This document shows, in pieces, positions 52,601 to 64,000 of a DNA stretch of 64,000 nucleotides; the stretch's first letter is position 1; each line of letters opens with the position of its first letter. This DNA comes from Tubulanus polymorphus. Its lineage: Eukaryota > Animalia > Nemertea. The position numbers were made by a program, and so were the translations under genes. The stretch lies in the NCBI RefSeq assembly GCF_964204645.1, contig NC_134025.1:29988299-30052298 (forward strand). The letters run 5' to 3'. The notes beneath the pieces are model-generated. The model was not told the DNA's origin, ran no database searches, and saw nothing but the letters and a program-made list of their open reading frames with translations.

Positions 52601-54439
52601 AATAGATAGATCATTTATTGGTCTGTGATACGCGCGCCGTTTTATCATTTAATGAAGATGGTTTACAATCCAGGGTAAGCCTGCATGATTTAACCGCTAT
52701 TCTGTTACTACTGATTCCTACGATTGTCCGACACAAACCGAACGACATTCGATATACGACACTTATCTATACGACTCTAACGATACAGTGATTTTGTATA
52801 TTGGTTAGTGCGCTAGTCCACGCTGAAAACTTCCTGACCAAATTGTCATCATCGAGAGCTCTGAACGATTCAACCGCGACTCATTTGTCATCACAAAGCG
52901 CATATTCTGCAGATATGAACCTAACATAATGGTTCCAGAGCAGTCGGTGTAGAGGCGATGCGCGTGACGTAACAGCGCGTCATATTGACCGTCAATGTCC
53001 ATCAGATACAAACTGCTAACACGAGTTAACGACGGCCATTTGACGTCCACTATGACGCGTGTGAAGTCAGCGCGTAACTTCTATCAAGCGAAACATTACG
53101 AGTTAGATTTAGTTTTTAGATCATAATTAGTCGGATTTACGAAAAAGTTATCCGAAGAATATTTAGCTTATGAACGGTTACAACAACTAAAAATACTTTA
53201 AAACAAAGTTCTTTCTGAGAAGTTGCATAATACGGATCAATCCCCGAGTAATTTCGGAACTCGACAAAGCAGCAACGATCAAGTATCACTAGATACTCAT
53301 AGCGCGATCGCTAGGGGTTTTCTCGAGTGTACATTACGGACAATTAATGACCAATTTAATGGCAAGAGAGAGTGATGTTTCGGTACCGATAAGATGAACC
53401 TTGGAACAAGCTTTTACTTACGTGCTCAACGTTATCCGGAAATACACTGCAGACAATGAGAGGATGGATATAACCAGCTGTTAATCCTCTAGATCGAGTA
53501 GCTCAACTTCCCGACTGAACATTCACTGAACAAGGCTCGGTTTTAACCTATTCAGTTTTTAGGGCACGAAATAATCCCCGAACCGCTCTCGGTAGAGTCA
53601 AAGCATTGATTTTCTTCGGGTAATGGACCGAAGAAGTTGAGCTCATTAAAAAAGTAAATGTAAATTGTGAAATAACATTTAGGGATTACATCGAAGAGTG
53701 AAATTCTAAGCTAATGTAACGGAAAACCTTTCTGCGGTATTTTCTTCTTAAATCTGAGGTTTTTATCATCGAGTTTATTCACTGCATTGAAAATAAGACT
53801 CGAGAGCAGAGATTTAAACCAGAAATAAACCGAAAATACCATTACATAGAAGCATTACATAATGAACTTTTCTGTTTGTAAATGTAAAATTTGCAGCAGG
53901 GGAGTTGCAGGACTTTTTAAAATTGAGGGAAGAAAATATAGGATCTGAAAAAATCTGTTATGCACTATGTTACACCTTTAAACACAAAAACAAAAGAGTT
54001 AATATGTGTTATCAACTCAGACTCTTAACTCTTCCAGATTGTGGATTTGAATTAAATGTGTTCTAAAAACTTGGCCAAAAAGCTTTTGGCCCGGGTCAAC
54101 GGTATAACATACTATGGCTACACCCATGATGTCATTCGTGGAATGCGGTTTATACATTCGATATAGTGAGATATTCGTTCAGGTGAATATCAAGCACGCA
54201 ATGATTTATCAGCGAGTATCGATTATCTCAAAAACAATCAGCGTATAAACACATTTTAGCGTTTAATACGAGTAAGTGAGCTAACACGTAATGGTATGTA
54301 TACCCAGACACTTGTCCTGACATTTATTAGTGACCTGCTCCACAACATTAACTTCTTTATACGATCACAAGAGGCAACTTTACACACTTTAGTTGTCAGA
54401 TCGGGTATTGTATATCATCTTTTATGTAGATGTTAACTA

Positions 54440-54490
54440 TTTGACGCTAACGTTTCGAAAGCCGCGCTGCTCATCAGATGATTGGCACAG
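54440..54490 (-). ncRNA. Minimal type I hammerhead ribozyme motif, catalytic core intact
   Basis: Minus strand reads CTGATGA-G-C-AGC(GCG)GCT-TT-C-GAAA-CG-TT; stem I is weak. Confidence 0.55.
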
Positions 54491-55439
54491 CGCGCCCGAT
54501 ACTGTAAACATACGCGTAAAAATCTCGCCGGAAACATCATTACGACGTATTATCCACATGGCGTCATAATGGCCGGCAACTGAGACCTTCTTTACTTCAG
54601 ATTGACGGCCAATCTGACTCCTCGTCATATCGTATTATAGCCCCGACAATACGAGCGTTTTTTACTCTAGCCAAATTTGGTTTCGGTTAGGCCTGGGTTC
54701 ACCATTTACTGGTGCCAAATGGGCCCGTTTGACACGGGCCAAAATTGGCCCGACCAAAAACGTCGGACCAGGCAATATCACAGTTATCAATAAATGAAGA
54801 CTAACGTAGAAGATATCTTTCGTACAACCACCGTTTGTTTAATGCGATTTAGAAATCAATAGTTTTATAGAATTGCTCTTCCTATCATCACCTATCCCTT
54901 AGTTTCCACTCCTTCGTCTTAACCTTCTAAAAATCTCAAACATTGATTCATGGCTTCGGGCCAAACTACGTCGCCTTAAACCACCTCAAAAATCGATAGA
55001 AATGTTACAGAGATTCCATAGAATGATGACCTGTAACCACACACACGAAATGTTACCCGATTCACCTTACACAACCGATTCCCCAGTCACATCAACAGTT
55101 ACACGAATAAGTCATTTGCGTTGCAATTGCAATTGCATGTTTCATCGACTAATTCAAATATGACAAACCGCACGGGTTGCTCCGACAATGCGGCATTCTT
55201 GTCATGAGAGATCGAGCTTTTAATTTTCGTTATTTTTGTTCCAGTACATCACAAATACATTAAAATCTAACGTTTTCTTTTCTATTTTCTTACAGTCGGC
55301 ACAAGATGAAACGGGAATTATACGTCTATTGCGAAAAGAAATGGAAAAGGATCTCACAAAGAGCGTCGAGTGACCTGATGTCCAAACGGCGAAAATGGCA
55401 AAATGTATATCAGATGATAAGATTAAACCCATTTTACAA

Positions 55440-55605
55440 ATTCAAAAGATTTAAAACGAAATTTATCAATCAAGAATTAGAATTAGAATTAGAATGGAAA
55501 GAAGAAGAAGAATTAGACCCGACGTTTCAGAGCCTCGAGTTCGAAACGTCATGTCGTCCAATTTTAATTTTTGATGAATGAATTTCGTTTTCAACCTTTT
55601 AGATT
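55440..55605. repeat. Imperfect ~165-bp palindrome centred on GACGTTTC...GAAACGTC
   Basis: Arms aaaagatttaaaacgaaatttatcaatcaagaatt and aatttttgatgaatgaatttcgttttcaacctttt are approximate reverse complements. Confidence 0.7.
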
Positions 55606-56694
55606 CGTATTTTGTGGGTTTTGATGTATTCCCAATGTCTGAATTTACAGTCAATTCTACAAATAAAACATTTACAATACAGATACACGGGGCTATACAA
55701 CTACGCCCCCTATCGTACGCCCCCAGTGTCCTATTTGTACTGCGTTGTATAATATGACGACCCGCAGTTATGGTAATGTTCAGAATGGGCTACTCGCAAT
55801 ACGACTGGAAACAGCATATATACTTCACGCAATCATCAGAAATTCTTGCCCGTAAGCGATACAAATTTCTCAAGTTGTTGAATGGATGTTGGCGACCGAA
55901 GAGGGTTCTCGACAAACACGGATCGTAATCAACGCAGTATGCGAGAAATCCTCGGGCAAATCAGTTCGGAATAAATTCGAAACAGAATGCACCAATCGAC
56001 GCAAGAATTTAAAGAAATCAAAAGACAACCGCTGGAAGACAACTACGTGTGAAATAGCTCATCTTTCAGCTGGTGTTAGGAAAATAATCTAGCGTCATCG
56101 AGGGTCATCTTATGTCTGCCATTCTGCGCGTAGAGTTTTTTCCTGTCTCAAGAAAAGATTCTTGTCGAGACGTAGAATGAATGATTAGATGAATATGGAG
56201 TGTGTGAGCGTCTGGACGCATTTCCACACTTGAATATAGAATTCCTGATTAGTAAATCTCAGTACAAAGTTCCGTAATATGAAAAAGTGAAGTTATTCAT
56301 AACTCGGGATAAAACTGAATAAAAACTCATCGAATATCGATCTGAATTGAACAACTCGCGTTTTGCATTAGCCTCGTATTAATAACAGATCCATCAGAGA
56401 CGCGGAATGGAATATCATAATACTCAACGGAGTCCAACTGGAAACTAAAACGCCCCAAGCAGAACGATATACACAGAAAATAAAAAACCTTCAATACTCG
56501 GAGAAATCTGCAAAACAACGTTTTCCGTATTGAATCATTATTAGTCACAAAAGTGTGGAACGGAAGAACAGATGTTATACTCTTTATTACTATTTCCGTT
56601 TCGATCAATCGTTATTGTCGCCAATCTTTCATTATAAAAGTCTGTAGTATTTTTATGATTGTCGCATGGAATTAATGAAATCCATGTCGATACA

Positions 56695-57003
<309 letters not shown>

Positions 57004-60000
57004 CAGAGAGACTGAAATGATAGGTTTCTAGTAATCTGTCAGTTAAAGAAATCACGAACGTTGGAACGTGGTCATGGGGCTCTGCCATGTTGCACCAGGG
57101 AAGCGCGAGAGAAGCATCCCTTTTCACCCCGCAAGCGCCACCCATCCTCGATGTAATACGTCATAAGAAAAAAATGACGGTCTGTCGAGTTAACCTGAGG
57201 GCATCCTGGTCGTTCGTAGGTGATCTGAATCGTCAACGTTATATTCTCGATAGAAATGCTGATAAATAGTCAGAGACAGAAAATCGCAATTCCACGATTA
57301 CAAGTCTTTCCTACTGATATTGTTATTTCACAAATTCATTCCGATTCTTGTTACTGATGGAGAAGAACAGAATGGAAGCAGTATCTTCACAACACTATAG
57401 AGAATATAGAGACTCAGTTGGGTTGATTATAACTCAGAATAACCACTAATGACTTTAGAGCCCGGATATTGTACCTAAACATGTCTTCGCGATCGAAAGG
57501 CGACGTCATTATACAATTTCACGAGTTCATTACAGTTTAGGACCAAAAGCGAATAATGACTGTCTATACAAGTACTAGTGATAAATCATGGCGCAATGAT
57601 GTTTAAAGCAATATAATTAACCATTTCGCTCATTGTTATAAAGTTACGAATGTCCAATTTGCGACAATTAACTTTTTATTACTTCTCATTTTGTGACCTG
57701 AAGTTCACACAGTACGATGCACTTGTCAATTCGCTCCAACATCATCCCTTCAGCACTTTTGAAAGAAATGTTTGAAATATTCGGTAGAAATGTCTATGAA
57801 CTACTCAATTCGTGGTCTAACATTAACAATTCCGGCATTGGAAACTATCAAATAACCAAAGTTCAGATGACATCTTCTTCAGATAGTTATTTTTTGAAGT
57901 TTGTATCGATCTTATACCATAGATTTCATTCAACCGTTATTGGTAAAAGAATTAGAGTATTTGAAAATGGTATAATGCCGGAGGAACAGAGGCCGTTCTT
58001 TGAAGTTGAACAAAATACCAATGGAACTCGGCCCCTTTGACCTACAATTTTTCTTAGGAATAAAGTAATTTTTAATTTATATATAATACTATGTTCTTCG
58101 CAGTGATTCACGGACGCGTTTGTGAAAACGGAAACCGACTGAGTTAAACGGGGTGTAATAATCTGAAAAGAAAATCTTTTAACGTCGATGCAACTTTTTA
58201 TCCATTCGTCAATAAATTGACATTTCAATAACACGCGGGTAAAATCGATTGGTTTAATGCGCCGAAGGCCTGCCAATAAACGCAGTCTTAGAGGTTCGTT
58301 TTAACTGATTTAATTTTCTTCGAGATTGTCATGACGTCATTTGCAAACATGGAATGTTAAACGATAAATAAAAAAGTAAAGTCTAAGCAGACGCATTTAG
58401 AAGGAAAGTCATTGGTTAATTTAGCATCGTATCAATGCGATATACTAGAAAAACTCTCGCGTTTTTATGTTGTTATTGAATCGATGATAAAATACGGATA
58501 TACGGAGTAGAAATTTATATTCATAAAGACGTGTGAATTATTGGACCTTTTACATCGAAATCTCACAAGAAAATAGTAACAAGGTAATAGCACTGGGTCG
58601 GTCTGTCAATCAGAAGCATCTGCATTCATCACACTCAAGCACTATGCATATTAGTAAATAAACAGACGAATGCAGCTTGAAATATACAAAAAAAATCTTC
58701 ACATTTTACGAAGATTTCATCATTGTACGGTATATATGATGTGGGCGCTATTGAATGGTTGTAAATGTAAGTCCGTTTGAAAACAGGTTCGCTAGGTAAC
58801 GAACGATTTGATGATAAGATAAGTCCATAAAACAGTAAGATATTCCCGTGTTCATTGGGTCGATAAATGAAATCAGAATACTAGCCCGGTTTACCTGAGA
58901 TGAATTCCTCCTCATCTTACCGATCCTATCGGAGCAATGCACATTTAACGATCATGTCTCGCTTCGTTTACATCATGGGTTTCTGATTAATCATCAAGGC
59001 AAAAAAGATTTCATCATCAACGCATAAGGACACGACAATGCCAGCCAGCTTGATGGATGAAAGGAAAATTCCCTTTCATAGTCTATATTCTTTCGTAAAA
59101 TATATTAGACGTAATATAAGATATCATGCTATATATAGTGCACGAGTTTGAACGCATAGCTTTATATACCTTTAACTAAACGATTTTTATCTCCTCTCTC
59201 TCTCTCTCTCTTTTGACATCAATAATACTTTGGAAAATCACTCTTATGAAATAAATAAATTGAGTCATTGTAAGAAAGAGGAAAATGTGGAAGTATTTCT
59301 TAAAAGAATCACATCCAAAACCAGCATAGTTGCGACTGGCATATTTCATCCTTTTTATGAAGTATATTTCATCATATTGAAAATTAAATGTCAAATAGAA
59401 CATTAGATTAATTCTAGAACCGATTTTTAGTGAAATGGGTTATGATTTGTTCATATCCACTGTAGGACGGTTGTTGTCACGTTACGTCACCGGTGACGCG
59501 AGCGATGAAGATCAATGAATAATACTAAACTTAGTTAAGATTTTCTGCCAACTCGATCGACTTAACTCGTGTGAACTCGTACAAGGCCGGTTACGAATGC
59601 GTTTCACGAGTCACGTTTCTATTTCGCGTCGTGTCCTTCAAATCGCGCGGTATGAAATGCGCGCTATAAACGTGTTGTCATATCGAATAGTGACTAAAAT
59701 TAATTACCAAGAATCATATAAGCGTGTATCAATACTGATCATCGTCACTGGTAAATTAATGACTTTTACGAGGGGTAATGATCGATGTTGTGTCCTAGCT
59801 GTAACTTCTACAATAATTTCCGCTTGTGTATATCATCCGCACCCCTGTAGTGCCAGCGCCATTTACGTACATCAATGGGAAACTACTACTGCGGCAATCG
59901 AGGATTCCATACTTTATGGCAAGCGAGGATCCACCAGGTTCTCGGTGTTGCACTGTTCGAGTCATTCTACGTTATGAGTAAAATCGAATGAAATTTAATT

Positions 60001-63000
60001 TTCTCTTAAATAAAAACAATTATTTATTTTAAAAAAATCAATTCAATCTCTAATCTTTTGATCGATAATTCATAGATTCGAGAATTTAAAAACTCAGTTC
60101 GAGGTTGATATGCACTATGACTGAGTGTTCGTCACGCCACCTGGCGGGTTGCAGTGCGCCATAGTTCGAGTAGGTTTACGTATATGTGATGTCGATTTTG
60201 AAAATAAATAGATAAATCGACACGCGATAGAATTTATTCTTACAGCTATAACCTATTCGCAATACTAAACGTGTATGTTATTCCGCCAGCTAATAGACCG
60301 ATATGGCATTAGATGATATTACCTAAATCCATCAAACACTATGCGTCATCCATCGCAAATTATTAAATTAAATTACTGCCAAACGAGGAAACGCCCTTTT
60401 AACAGATAGCTATCCATCATATTTCACTTATATATAGCACATTTCTTATAAATATAGTAGTTTCGATGTATTAAGTGCGCGTGTTTTCTTTAGAATGTCT
60501 CGCGGCGTGGACCCTGGCTGCGTTAAACGTGCTTTCTAGAAGTAACACTCCGTAAATGTTAACAGCTACTGTCTTACGTGATGTTGATGAGAATAACGAA
60601 GAAATCAATCTCAATCTTGCAACAGACTCAAAGCCATCGATTCTGAGAAATATATATATTGAATATGATCTATGGAAGGGTGTTACCCGCCCCGATGTTT
60701 CTATACGAACACGGACCCAGTTATCAATACGAGTCTCACGTCTCTCACCAACTACCCGTGAAACTCTCCACGTCTTCGAATGCAGACGAGTTCAATATAA
60801 CCCCCTTTTTACGTGAATAAACTGCTTGACACGAAAATCCAGAAGAAATCCATTTTTCAATCCACTTTCAACCGGCGTAATCTCAGAAACTCGATAATGA
60901 GCGACAATTCCCGCGTAGAACAAACATCCAACGATTTTCATTTTTCAAAAGAAATTTTCGTTGGTCGATTTTTTTTCTAATACGTGAAAGAAAAGCTGCG
61001 CTTTTCGCTTGCAACCTAGAGCAATTCAAACACGCATTCTTAATTAACTATACATATTCTCTATTGGTTTGTTATTATTCTAATATTGAGCCGCTTCCGT
61101 ATTGAAAATTACGTTTTTGAATGAAAAATAAACCGGTGTTTAATATCCGCTTGTAGCCGAGATACGTATTCACAGAAGGGTTGGGTGAGTTTCAGCTGCA
61201 GTAGCGCCGGACTCAGTGTTAGAACCTAATTGAATTAAACCTCGCATACTCGCTTAAAGTCAATATATCGGTATTGCCAGATACTTTAATCGCGGTATCG
61301 TCTTCTAGAATTAACGATAAGCTCGAGTCGTGGATGAAACTGATTGCGGGTGAATAGCGTTGACATAAACGTCCATAAAACATCATAAGCCGGGTAAACA
61401 TTAGATGACAATTAGTAAAACCAGACGCGTCGAGATGCGATTAAGTCTTCAGCTTAACGACTGCGAGTGATCAGCTGAATACAGCCCAAAACAAGCCGTT
61501 AGATTGCTGCTTAAATCTTCCCACATCATATCCGATCAGCCACGAGCCTGAAACATTTACATGTACATGGCTGAACTGATGTTACAAGTTTTTTCGATTT
61601 TTATGCGAAAACCTTGCACAAATTTGTGCAATTTCATGTACTTGATCATTTCCGTGATCTGTACTTGTGTAGTTTGCATACGCCTTAAAACCTGTTTAGA
61701 AATGGCAAGCGAGGATCCAAGAGGATTCGGAGACGATTGTAAATTAGATTACATTATGAGTCAATAGAAACTCTCAAAATTGATTGATAATATGTTTACA
61801 TATTATGTCGCATATCTAATGTCGAATGTATTGAAATCTCATTCATTACCGGTTGACTGATTGACGACCGCGATATTCGACAATAGGCTTACAGTAAATT
61901 CACTTATGCATTACGCTTCTTGTGGACGAATAGTTTCGGAAAGATGATAAATAATCAAGAATAGAGTTTGCCGCGGTCAATGATATGATAACAACGGATA
62001 TAATTTATCACATCCACTCGGCAGAAATAATGGAATTAATTGAATTGGTATTAATTCCTAGGTCGTATATGTTTCTCGTTTCGACGAGTGTTCTGCCGTT
62101 AGAACGAGTCGATACTCAAGGGCTGGCAATATTGTGTCTACTGACTACTAATATGTTGTCATATTTTTTCGCTAACGGCCAGAATCTCCATACAACTACC
62201 GTTCTCTCTTCCTATCGCATATAGAAAATCATTGGCAACGCATCGGCTCGCTAGCGTGAAATCTCTCTGAAATTACTGCGCCGAGTTCGTGCACTATTTG
62301 TTCTAATCGGTCATATACGCTTCAGGCGACGAACCGTCCCGTCATCGCCGACACTGTTATTTGTATTATCAACCGTCGACATTTTTATTATAAACTATTG
62401 CCCGAAAAAAGCGGAACAGACGTCGCTAATATTGCGATCTCTTATATATGAGTTATCGAACGAATAACACAGCGAAACATACTGAGAAATCTAATAAAGA
62501 CAATAAACACATAAATATTGCCAAACTGGCTGAAACTGTATTATATACAAGTCCATCTGAAGTTATTATCATGCGTGAATAATTCTAATTACGTCATCCC
62601 AAGACACATAGCCGGTCAGGGACGTATTTGTACTTGTACTTATGCCTCACGAGGCAATGTCAACTACGTGGTGATATTGTGTAAAGATCCGTCTATAGAA
62701 AGACGGTCAGTTACAAGAGAACATGTCTTAATTGTCCAGAAAACAGTGCATTCCGTGACTCACAGCAGGATCTACTCGGAACGCTCAAAACAAATATTCA
62801 CTTTCTAACCGCGTATATTTCTAGTAATGCTTCGTCCGATTTAGCTGCCAGTTTATATCTGTTTAAAAGTATGTTAACGAAATAAAATGCCCACAGAGGG
62901 GGTAAAGACACGCGTAGAAATCGTTCGACTTCGTTAGGTGGTCGGTTTTGTATTCGAATATCGAACAAAAGAATGGCGAGAAAACTCGAGCGAATCTCGT

Positions 63001-64000
63001 CTTATATTGGGATGGTGATCGCGCTTGAGGCGGCATAACCGAGTCAGAGCACACAGGATTTCAATGTGGAAACTTCTAATCAATCAGTGTATGCTGGAAT
63101 ATATAGAGCTGAAGAGCCAGCTCAACTTCACGACATCGATGTCAAATTGCCAACAGCAATTACGCACTGATAGTTGAAGCAGGTCTGTCAGCAGGTTCGT
63201 GGCCGATTACATATCCGGTCGTGGATTCCAATTGCCGTTGTTGCATCATAACTCGAGTGAGCTAAATATCTCAGTAATGTTATATAGTATTAAACTATAT
63301 GATAATTCGGCTGAAACTGAATGAACCTAGGATCAGACAAACACACCTGTAGATATATCATCAGTATTTCGTTCATGTACTATATGACAAGTGGATGGAA
63401 CCGTAATCATTAATGTTTATTAAATATCTCACGGCCCACTTGCGGGTGTAGTATGACGAGCCCTTGAGAGTGAACAGTTAATAGTTTCAGTTATTGGATA
63501 CTGCATGATTGTGCACAAGTAGTATTTCTGACCTCAATAATATTCTGAGCTGTGTAAATTTATTTTTTCCCCGAAATTTGTCTTTTTCTACAATTAATAA
63601 CAAGTTTCGGAGTCGATTTTAATTAGAATACAGTTCGCGAAAGGATATTAAAAACATTCCAAAATATCCTGTACGCCAACACGTTCATCATAAGTGCAAC
63701 ATACTTATTTTTCCAAAAAAGTTTCTTTTTTTCACGATTTAGAAACTAATACAAACGCGACATAGACTATAACTGTAAGATCTAAGAATTGCAAAATGTT
63801 CTCTTGGTGTTAACAAAATTCAATAACCATTGTTTTAATATTCTTTAGTACTAAAAACACTAAGATTCATTGGTATTCGTTTACCAATTGCGAAAGGGAT
63901 GAAAGGCGACCTACAAATATAACAGTTACTAAGATCATGAACGTATAAACTAGAAATTCATCTATCTAGTTTATACGTCCATGCTAAGATCTATGAATCC

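Overview
Eukaryotic genomic DNA, AT-rich, with short GT-AG introns. It comes from a compact-genome bilaterian invertebrate, probably spiralian; the species cannot be fixed from sequence alone. Nine protein-coding loci are supported: the 5' part of an axonemal dynein heavy chain (DNAH6/14 clade, -), SCLT1 (+, head-to-head with the dynein), an orphan ~880-aa AT-hook/PxDLS nuclear protein (-), IBA57 (-), an intronless GPR161-like class A GPCR (-), RNF41/NRDP1 (-, GC-AG first intron), TMX1 (+), a two-pore K+ channel (-) and a muscarinic acetylcholine receptor (-). The last ~14 kb has no convincing CDS and contains a (GGCA)76 microsatellite. Introns hold several short MITE families. The least explained region is the 1.3 kb between the dynein and SCLT1 starts. 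It contains a TATA/CCAAT/E-box promoter-like block, a structured ~450-nt unit with an inverted pair of degenerate hammerhead-ribozyme motifs, and two tandem 162-bp units with snRNA-like features. Further Penelope-type minimal hammerhead motifs lie at ~1.1, ~54.5 (core intact) and ~55.5 kb. All structures were folded by eye and no searches were run.
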